From Macrostomum lignano (taxonomy: Eukaryota): a stretch of 30,661 bases of DNA. The notes under the pieces were generated by a model, which ran no database searches, had not been told where the DNA came from, and was given only the letters and a program-made list of their open reading frames with translations. The position numbers were made by a program, and so were the translations under genes. The stretch spans positions 1 to 30,661 of the forward strand of contig NIVC01004111.1 in assembly GCA_002269645.1 (NCBI GenBank), written 5' to 3'. Each line of letters starts with the position of its first letter. The stretch's first letter is position 1. Positions 21,801-30,391 of this stretch are shown here, in pieces.

Positions 21801-24800
21801 TCTGATTCTGTTTGTCTGTAGACCAAGGCCGCCGATTGAGGCACACTCGATAAAGTTATTGCTACACGTGGCCACGTCCTCAGCACTGTTGGCAGATTTT
21901 ACTAATGTGAAGGTTGCAGCAACGCCAGACGATTTATACAGCTGGATTGACGTAATCAATCCTGGAGTGCTTGAAATGATGCTGAGCTTTCCAATAATCG
22001 ACTGACTGCCGTCGTCGCCACTGACATTGAAGTCAAAGGAAATGCTTTCATCTTTGCGGGTTACTGAAGGTGCGCGGTTGACATCAAGACCACTCGTCGA
22101 CGGACGAAGGAGGTTCAACTCGCTTTGCGCAATGAGTCCAACACCTTGAGTGGAAGCACTCACAGAGATGTCGCTCAACCCAATTGGACCATTGTTCGCC
22201 ATGCCGTCTTCCTCAATGCAACGCTGCGGCAAGGAGGTGCTCTTTGCAAGAATGTTCTCTGTAGTCGTGGTTGTCGAAGGCGGCGTAGTAGTCGTCGACG
22301 GCGATGTCGTGGTGGTCGACGTCGAGGTTGTCGTCGTTGGTGCTGTGGTCGTTGTTGAGCTTGAGGTTGTCGTTGTTGATGATGGTGTCGTAGTTGTTGT
22401 AGACGGTGGAGTTGTGGTCGTCGACGTCGAGGTCGTTGTTGTTGTAGGTGTTGTTGTCGTCGATGTAGGCGTTGTAGTTGTCGACGTTGGCGTAGTCGTA
22501 GTCGACGTAGGCGTAGTTGTAGTCGACGTTGGCGTTGTGGTTGTCGATGTTGAGGTCGTAGTTGTAGACGGAGGTGTTGTAGTTGTCGTCGTCGATGTTG
22601 GTGTTGTAGTTGTTGTTGAAGGCGTTGTGGTTGTTGTCGACGTTGGTGTAGTGGTTGTGGTCGACGGCGGCGTTGTCGTAGTCGACGTCGAGGTTGTGGT
22701 CGTCGAAGTTGGTGTTGTAGTAGCTGTCGTCGAAGTTGGTGTTGTAGTTGTTGAAGCCGTTGTGGTTGTTGTTGACGACGGAGTGGTGGTAGTTGTTGAA
22801 GGCGTTGTTGTGGTTGTTGACGTTGGAGTGGTAGTCGTCGATGTGGGCGTGGTCGTTGTCGCCGGTGAAGTTGTGGAGCCTTGCTTGAAACATCCATATA
22901 TTCCAATTTGGAGGTCGATGCTGTTTTTGTCAGTTACAGATGTGTAGAAGACCTCGAATCGAAGCATTTTCGACACAATAGAGACTGTACTAAGGCACAC
23001 CATTAGGTCTGACTTGCAGTTCGTGAGATTGCTGCCAGAGAAATAGTAAGTGTCCCAATTTGGTTGAGAAAGCGTCGGCTTGTTGTACACTCGAACGGCT
23101 GTTACTTCGGGGGCTGTAAACCTCAGCTCAATTCGTCCAATCTCTACTCCGCTGGTCGATTCAGCTGCAGGGTTCACTTCAATTAGAATGTTCTCATTTG
23201 GATTACTAAAAGATATGGCCGTTGGCCGGTTCAAATTAAATGGGACTGGTGATGACAGGCGCAACTTTTCTAAATCAGAAGCCGTGTATCCAGACTGTGT
23301 TCCACCGATTACTTGAATATTCGATGGTGAGATGATGAATGGGTTCGAAAGTCCATCAATTTCAATACAAACACGCGGCACTGTAGTAGTGGAAGGCGTT
23401 GTAGTACTAGTCGACGTCGACGTTGTCGTGGTTGTTGGTGTAGTGGTCGTAGTTGATGGTGTCGTAGTTGTCGTCGACGGCGGTGTCGTGGTCGTAGAAG
23501 GCGTTGTGGTTGCTGTCGACGTTGGTGTAGTAGTTGTGGTCGACGGCGGCGTTGTCGTAGTCGACGTCGAGGTTGTGGTCGTCGAAGTAGGTGTAGTAGT
23601 AGTCGTCGTCGAAGTCGGCGTTGTAGTTGTCATCGTCGAAGTAGGTGTTGTAGTTGTCGTCGTCGAAGTAGGTGTTGTAGTAGTCGTCGTCGAAGTCGGT
23701 GTTGTAGTTGTCGTCGTCGAAGTCGGTGTTGTAGTTGTCGTCGTCGAAGGAGGTGTTGTAGTTGTCGTCGTCGATGTTGGTGTTGTAGTTGTTGTTGAAG
23801 GCGTTGTGGTTGTTGTCGACGTTGGCGTAGTGGTTGTGGTCGACGGCGGCGTAGTTGTGGTTGATGTGGATGTTGTCGTAGACGTCGACGTCGACGTCGA
23901 CGTTGATGTTGTGGTCGAAAGTCTTGTGTAACATCCTAGCATGCTTACCTGAACATTGACCGGAAGGTTGTTCGTATTGATGAAGTTGAACTTGATTCTG
24001 ATTCTGTTTGTCTGTAGACCAAGGCCGCCGATTGAGGCACACTCGATAAAGTTATTGCTACACGTGGCCACGTCCTCAGCACTGTTGGCAGATTTTACTA
24101 ATGTGAAGGTTGCAGCAACGCCAGACGATTTATACAGCTGGATTGACGTAATCAATCCTGGAGTGCTTGAAATGATGCTGAGCTTTCCAATAATCGACTG
24201 ACTGCCGTCGTCGCCACTGACATTGAAGTCAAAGGAAATGCTTTCATCTTTGCGGGTTACTGAAGGTGCGCGGTTGACATCAAGACCACTCGTCGACGGA
24301 CGAAGGAGGTTCAACTCGCTTTGCGCAATGAGTCCAACACCTTGAGTGGAAGCACTCACAGAGATGTCGCTCAACCCAATTGGACCATTGTTCGCCATGC
24401 CGTCTTCCTCAATGCAACGCTGCGGCAAGGAGGTGCTCTTTGCAAGAATGTTCTCTGTAGTCGTGGTTGTCGAAGGCGGCGTAGTAGTCGTCGACGGCGA
24501 TGTCGTGGTGGTCGACGTCGAGGTTGTCGTCGTTGGTGCTGTGGTCGTTGTTGAGCTTGAGGTTGTCGTTGTTGATGATGGTGTCGTAGTTGTTGTAGAC
24601 GGTGGAGTTGTGGTCGTCGACGTCGAGGTCGTTGTTGTTGTAGGTGTTGTTGTCGTCGATGTAGGCGTTGTAGTTGTCGACGTTGGCGTAGTCGTAGTCG
24701 ACGTTGGCGTAGTTGTAGTCGACGTTGGCGTTGTGGTTGTCGATGTTGAGGTCGTAGTTGTAGACGGAGGTGTTGTAGTTGTCGTCGTCGATGTTGGTGT

Positions 24801-27800
24801 TGTAGTTGTTGTTGAAGGCGTTGTGGTTGTTGTCGACGTTGGTGTAGTGGTTGTGGTCGACGGCGGCGTTGTCGTAGTCGACGTCGAGGTTGTGGTCGTC
24901 GAAGTTGGTGTTGTAGTAGCTGTCGTCGAAGTTGGTGTTGTAGTTGTTGAAGCCGTTGTGGTTGTTGTTGACGACGGAGTGGTGGTAGTTGTTGAAGGCG
25001 TTGTTGTGGTTGTTGACGTTGGAGTGGTAGTCGTCGATGTGGGCGTGGTCGTTGTCGCCGGTGAAGTTGTGGAGCCTTGCTTGAAACATCCATATATTCC
25101 AATTTGGAGGTCGATGCTGTTTTTGTCAGTTACAGATGTGTAGAAGACCTCGAATCGAAGCATTTTCGACACAATAGAGACTGTACTAAGGCACACCATT
25201 AGGTCTGACTTGCAGTTCGTGAGATTGCTGCCAGAGAAATAGTAAGTGTCCCAATTTGGTTGAGAAAGCGTCGGCTTGTTGTACACTCGAACGGCTGTTA
25301 CTTCGGGGGCTGTAAACCTCAGCTCAATTCGTCCAATCTCTACTCCGCTGGTCGATTCAGCTGCAGGGTTCACTTCAATTAGAATGTTCTCATTTGGATT
25401 ACTAAAAGATGTGGCGTTGGCCGGTTCAAATTAAATGGGACTGGTGATGACAGGCGCAACTTTTCTAAATCAGAAGCCGTGTATCCAGACTGTGTTCCAC
25501 CGATTACTTGAATATTCGATGGTGAGATGATGAATGGGTTCGAAAGTCCATCAATTTCAATACAAACACGCGGCACTGTAGTAGTGGAAGGCGTTGTAGT
25601 ACTAGTCGACGTCGACGTTGTCGTGGTTGTTGGTGTAGTGGTCGTAGTTGATGGTGTCGTAGTTGTCGTCGACGGCGGTGTCGTGGTCGTAGAAGGCGTT
25701 GTGGTTGCTGTCGACGTTGGTGTAGTAGTTGTGGTCGACGGCGGCGTTGTCGTAGTCGACGTCGAGGTTGTGGTCGTCGAAGTAGGTGTAGTAGTAGTCG
25801 TCGTCGAAGTCGGCGTTGTAGTTGTCATCGTCGAAGTAGGTGTTGTAGTTGTCGTCGTCGAAGTAGGTGTTGTAGTTGTTGATGAAGGCGTTGTGGTTGT
25901 TGTCGACGTTGGTGTAGTAGTTGTGGTCGACGGCGGCGTTGTCGTAGTCGACGTCGTGGTTGTTGTCGACGTTTCGATAGTTTGATAGCACCCGAGTATT
26001 TGTAGTTTTATGTGCTGAGGCATTATATTAACAAAGGAAATCGTAATGGATATTTTCGTTGCCGTTAGTCCTTGGCCAGGTATTTTCGCGCATTGGATCA
26101 TGTCATTAAAGCAAGCTGTTATGCCTGATGTTTCAGTGGCGCTTACAATCAAATCTTCGGGTGATGAATTGTTGTAATTGGCTCTGAGCTCCACCTTTTT
26201 TATCAGTGACTTGGGTCCAACCTGGGCAATTTGCAGTGCACCTATTATCGAGGCACTTCCGTCGTCACCTGCAACGAAGAAATCCAGCTGAATGGACTCT
26301 GTCGTTGGTGTATTTGTATTGCCTGTGATTTGGAATCCAGTTCCTGCTTTGCTGAACCTTAGATCATCTAAACTGCGGTCGGCATACGAATTCACTCCGA
26401 GAGATGCGCTTCTAATGTACATTTCTTCCGTGGTGATTATGTTCGAATCTGCCATACCATCTTTTTCTACGCAACGAGGAGGCGTGGTCTCCGTCTTTGC
26501 TTTTACAAGTTCAGTTGTGGTGTACATTGTGGTTGGCGGCAGAGTTGTTGTTAGTTTTTCAAAGCAACCAAAGACCGAGAGCTTTAAGGACATGGTTGTT
26601 TCCTGCACGAATGAAAACGTCAGCCGAACTTCTTGCGCCGTCAACGGATTTGAATTGGCTGGCAAAGCGCAGTGCAGCAGATCCGGGAAGCATTTTCTGC
26701 TAGTGCTCGTCAAGTTAGCCAATTGTGTGTAGTCCGAATCCTCAGCTTTTTTAAATTCAACGACTATAAATGCAGTTGGAATGAAAAAGTCCGTCGATAT
26801 TAGCTCAAGCCGAGTCAACTGAGAGTTGATTTTAGTGTTTTGTGTCAGCGAGATTGTTAATGTCGCGTTCAGTCCCGTTGTGTTAAGAACAAAGTAGTCT
26901 GGTGAGACTGGCCGCAGGTCAGACTTCGGCTTCTTGGCTGACGAACTGGGATTCACTTTGATGTCCTCGTCTCTGATCACCGAGTCCGTCGCCATTCCAT
27001 CCTGTTCATCTGGCTCGCAAACTCGCACGATGCCGGTAGTTGTCGACGTAGTCGTTGTTGTTGTGGCTGCAATGCGCAAAGGTTAAAGGCAATTCTGTTG
27101 TTCTATTTTTACTAAAGCTTGAATAACCTATTTAGGTCAGAGGGAAAACTTTTAGAAGGCTGCTTTGACTGACAGCTGTTTGAAATTTGTTTAAATAGTT
27201 TTCGGATAAGTTCTCAACTTTTTACAGCAAATGCAAAAATGAAGTCACTTAATGGAGGGTTTGTCTACATACTCAGTACGAGTAAATCGTCTATATGCCA
27301 AGAAATAAGCTCGTACGAGACACAGCTTAAGATTGCCTATATGATTGAAATTCGTCAGTGTGATGCATTGAGCAGAAACTAAAGACAACGTACGGGCATA
27401 TCGAATTCCACTATATTCGATGCTAGCTATTGGTATGCTTCTACGACCGTACGATCATCGACAAAGAGAATATCTAAGGCTACGAAGAAGATACAAGGCA
27501 TACCCGCTACTACAAGACAGAGGCTGTCACAATATGATTTGCCAGCTTACACAAGCACGACGGAGGTTCATCTTCTCCGTTCCTGCACTCAACGATGCCA
27601 TCGCATACGTGGGCACAAATGCTGACACCAGCGGCATTTAGACAGCGAACGTTGTCCCCGGTGCACGGTGTGGTGACTGTCGTTGCAGAAGTCGTTGTTG
27701 GTGTCGTTGTTGTCGTTGTCGATGTCGAAAAAGACGTTGTAGTTGGCGATGTTGTTGTTGTTGACGATGTGATAGTGGTAGACGTCGGCTTAGTAGTTGT

Positions 27801-30391
27801 GGTCGACGGCGGCGTTGTTGTAGTCGACGTTGAGGCTGTCGTCGTCGATGTTGGCGTAGTGGTTGTGGTCGACGGCGGCGTAGTTGTGGTTGATGTGGAT
27901 GTTGTCGTAGACGTCGACGTCGACGTCGACGTTGATGTTGTGGTCGAAAGTCTTGTGTAACATCCTAGCATGCTTACCTGAACATTGACCGGAAGGTTGT
28001 TCGTATTGATGAAGTTGAACTTGATTCTGATTCTGTTTGTCTGTAGACCAAGGCCGCCGATTGAGGCACACTCGATAAAGTTATTGCTACACGTGGCCAC
28101 GTCCTCAGCACTGTTGGCAGATTTTACTAATGTGAAGGTTGCAGCAACGCCAGACGATTTATACAGCTGGATTGACGTAATCAATCCTGGAGTGCTTGAA
28201 ATGATGCTGAGCTTTCCAATAATCGACTGACTGCCGTCGTCGCCACTGACATTGAAGTCAAAGGAAATGCTTTCATCTTTGCGGGTTACTGAAGGTGCGC
28301 GGTTGACATCAAGACCACTCGTCGACGGACGAAGGAGGTTCAACTCGCTTTGCGCAATGAGTCCAACATCTTGAGTGGAAGCACTCACAGAGATGTCGCT
28401 CAACCCAATTGGACCATTGTTCGCCATGCCGTCTTCCTCAATGCAACGCTGCGGCAAGGAGGTGCTCTTTGCAAGAATGTTCTCTGTAGTCGTGGTTGTC
28501 GAAGGCGGCGTAGTAGTCGTCGACGGCGATGTCGTGGTGGTCGACGTCGAGGTTGTCGTCGTTGGTGCTGTGGTCGTTGTTGAGCTTGAGGTTGTCGTTG
28601 TTGATGATGGTGTCGTAGTTGTTGTAGACGATGGAGTTGTGGTCGTCGACGTCGAAGTCGTCGTTGTTGTAGGTGTTGTTGTCGTTGTCGATGTTGATGT
28701 TGATGTTGACGTTGTTGTAGATGTCGGCGTAGTTGTTGTAGTTGTCGTAGATGTTGTTGTGCAAGACTGTTCATCGGTTCCGTCCTTCATTTCGTTTGGC
28801 GGAAAAGTTTTTTTATATGATTAATTCAATTTTATTTATTAATATTTGAGCAGGTTCAGCTAAAACAAAATTTAAAATTTTTTACTCACTTCGCAATCGC
28901 GATTTCCGTCGCAGAGTTGTGTCACATTGATGCACTTGCACTGATCGCATATAACAGTGTCCTTTTCCATGCAGAGGCATTCTAAATGTAAGATTGATTA
29001 GTTTCCAAGTTTAAATTAAAAAGTCGCTAGTTTTTGCGATTTTGACTTTCTGAGCTTACTGCAGCCAATTTCGTCGCTGCCGTCTCCACAGTCGTCGTGG
29101 CCATCGCAGTGGTTGACTCGTGGAATGCACTTGGTTTCTGTGGTGTCTGCTGCCCCACATTTGAACTCAGACACTTCGTCGCACTCTGCCAGGTGGAAAA
29201 TAAGCAGTTTTATGAATGAAGTCGATTAGCGACTTTTATAAAAGTTTTCAAATTTTAAACAATTTCCATAAAATATTTCTCACTCTTGCAGTCGTCTTCG
29301 TCAGTCGTGTCGGGCAGTCCACAGTCGTAGACTCCGTCGCATCGTTTCTGCTTTGGCAGGCATTTGCCGGTTTTGTTGCATTGAATCTCAGTTGGATTGC
29401 AACCTGCAATGAGATGCGGTTTAGCATTCGAGTCCTAAGTATGCGTAAAATATATTCTCGGTTCATTATTGTAATAAAACTTTAAAATCAATATGCAAAT
29501 GGGGGATTCTTCAGTTCGTCTGGTCTCACCGCAGTTTAACTCGTCCGAACCGTCCGTGCACTGAGGAATGCCGTCGCATTTGAGAGACATGGCCACGCAC
29601 TGCTGCGTTGTGATGCAGCGGAAGTACGACGGCGAGCAGGTTGTGTCTGCGGGTTGAGTTCGGGTGCTCTGGCTTGTTTTTCGCCCCGCCACACTATCAG
29701 ATCCTTAGGTTGGGCTGCCAGCCTTCCAGATTCTCAGTTACTGGGTCACCCTCCCGGAGTCAACGTCAGGCCACCGCCGCCCTCCCAGACCCTCATGACT
29801 CACATGACTCTCGCTACCCTTCCAGATCCTCAGTTTCTGGGTCACCGCCGGCCTACCAGGTCCTCAGTTGCTGGGCCAGCCTCCCAGATCCGAGTTACTG
29901 CATGGGCCAGGTTGAAGACCAGCTCGCAATGAGCTAGCTATACACAATCGCATGCTACTTACTGCAGTTCTTCTCGTCGTCTCCGTACAGACAGTCCAGA
30001 GTGCCGTCGCAGAACTGGCTGTAGCTGATGCACATCCCGGTCACATTGCACGCGTATTGGTTCTCAGTGCAAGTTGGCTTAGTCGGCCGGCACACTGAGC
30101 TGTCGCTAGTGCAGTTCATCACACCGCCTTTGGTGCAGCTGCAGGTTGAACAGCTGGTGGTATTGTGAATGACAGAACCTTTGGGGTACTCCTTGCCCTG
30201 GTAGAAGCAGGGACAGTTGTCACTGGGTATGCACTCATTGTCGTGCTCAACATAGCCGTTGGGGCAGGCGCAGCCCTCGATGCACTGGCTGTTGACGCAG
30301 TGGGGCTCCGGCTCCAGGCCGACATTGTGGCAGGTCTTGGCGCAGGGTGGCATGCAGGGCTGGTAGACGCGACCGCCAGTGCACATGATGG
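5458..30391 (-). CDS. Giant SCO-spondin-like / gel-forming mucin-like secreted glycoprotein (5' end outside window; 12 exons, ~7,400 aa in window after restoring two 1-nt deletions)
   Basis: I joined exons by hand using GT-AG sites and matching phases: 30391-29963, 29646-29530, 29403-29284, 29185-29060, 28981-28890, 28784-27551, 27066-9846, 9763-9369, 9046-7353, 7198-6928, 6493-6140, 5613-5458. The translation gives TIL, LDLa, PTS, discoidin-like, TSP1, VWC-like and CTCK motifs, as in the SCO-spondin/hemolectin/mucin/VWF superfamily. Confidence 0.9.
5665..6094. repeat. 26/33-bp intronic minisatellite (ccctcagtgcctgagaatctgcctct[ccgctct])
   Basis: About 14-15 tandem copies filling the last intron (5614-6139) of the mucin gene. 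Confidence 0.95.
6140..6493 (-). CDS. Exon: VWC-like remnant + first half of C-terminal cystine knot (CTCK)
   Basis: taacag|GTG ... CAG|gtgagt; ORF 6095..6493 containing ...[19 protein letters not shown] (CxGxC). Confidence 0.85.
6497..6899. repeat. (TTAG)n / (CTAA)n tetranucleotide microsatellite with TAGC/TCAG variants
   Basis: Fills almost all of intron 6494-6927. Confidence 0.97.
6928..7198 (-). CDS. Exon: end of TSP1 + TIL domain
   Basis: cctcag|A ... CAG|gtgagc; [24 protein letters not shown]...CETTC...[25 protein letters not shown]. Confidence 0.9.
7214..7294. repeat. 32-bp direct repeat x2.5 (gtccagggttcagtgtctaataatggctctct)
   Basis: Visible tandem copies inside intron 7199-7352. 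Confidence 0.9.
7353..9046 (-). CDS. Exon: TSP1 / TIL / VWC-like array
   Basis: attcag|GAA ... AG|gtaaat; ORF 7349..9067. Repeated WSxWSxC..C.G...R.R TSP1 motifs and two TIL domains ([10 protein letters not shown]..., [10 protein letters not shown]...). Confidence 0.93.
9369..9763 (-). CDS. Exon: RGD-containing Cys linker, VWC-like module, first TSP1 repeat
   Basis: tttttag|CG ... CAG|gtaagc; [20 protein letters not shown]...[18 protein letters not shown]...[25 protein letters not shown]. Confidence 0.9.
9846..27066 (-). CDS. Giant 17.2-kb mucin exon: PTS tracts with discoidin-like domains C, D, (A-B)x3, E, (A-B)x3
   Basis: Acceptor ttgcag|CC at 27067 and donor CCG A|gtgagt at 9845. It spans ORFs 25379..27079, 18723..25373 and 9778..18726. 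Length 17,221 + 2 restored nt = 17,223, a multiple of 3, matching phase 1-1. Confidence 0.85.
10200..17530 (-). repeat. Coding macro-repeat block 2: (A-PTS-B-PTS) x3, periods 2,487 and 2,382 bp
   Basis: Anchors at 15917, 13430 and 11048; the length differences come from extra PTS subunits. Confidence 0.95.
18900..25570 (-). repeat. Coding macro-repeat block 1: (A-PTS-B-PTS) x3, exact 2,196-bp period
   Basis: Shadow ORF anchors at 23956, 21760 and 19564 (and 24346, 22150, 19954) are exactly 2,196 nt apart. Confidence 0.95.
27551..28784 (-). CDS. Exon: end of LDLa, PTS tract, discoidin-like domain B0, PTS tract, LDLa-like domain
   Basis: ORF 27510..28790. Donor TTG T|gtaagc at 27550. Ends CTGDNVRC...[17 protein letters not shown]. 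The acceptor is an AAG at 28786-28785. Confidence 0.85.
28890..28981 (-). CDS. Exon: N-terminal part of an LDLa domain
   Basis: atttag|AA ... GAA|gtgagt; [30 protein letters not shown], completed by DGTDEQSC in the next exon. Confidence 0.85.
29060..29185 (-). CDS. Exon: single LDLa domain (phase 1-1)
   Basis: tggcag|AG ... TGC A|gtaagc; hand translation [41 protein letters not shown]. Confidence 0.9.
29284..29403 (-). CDS. Exon: single LDLa domain (phase 1-1)
   Basis: ttgcag|GT ... AAG A|gtgaga; hand translation [39 protein letters not shown]. Confidence 0.88.
29530..29646 (-). CDS. Exon: single LDLa domain (phase 1-1)
   Basis: ccgcag|AC ... TGC G|gtgaga; encodes [38 protein letters not shown]. 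Confidence 0.9.
29695..29905. repeat. Degenerate ~33-bp intronic repeat (ccagatcctcagttnctgggtcacc...)
   Basis: Four to five diverged copies in intron 29647-29962. Confidence 0.55.
29963..30391 (-). CDS. Exon: TIL + VWC-like + LDL-receptor class A domain
   Basis: Acceptor gctgcag|CC and donor TGC A|gtaagt. TIL: [18 protein letters not shown]...[24 protein letters not shown]. Then [13 protein letters not shown] and LDLa CTENQYAC...[16 protein letters not shown]. Confidence 0.9.

Noticed and set aside
9778-27079. Three separate large genes (2982, 2216 and 566 aa ORFs)
   Set aside because: The breaks are single-base deletions relative to paralogous repeats; starts fall mid-domain with no signal peptides.
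10547-28774. Minus-strand alternative-frame ORFs rich in D/N/Y (DDDNYN) or R/Q (RRQQ)
   Set aside because: These are off-frame readings of the same PTS repeats, with no independent splice or start signals.
9872-28824. Many + strand Val-rich ORFs ([10 protein letters not shown], up to 383 aa) resembling membrane proteins
   Set aside because: They are the antisense shadow of ACN Thr codons (GTN = Val), and they repeat and frameshift exactly with the mucin exon.
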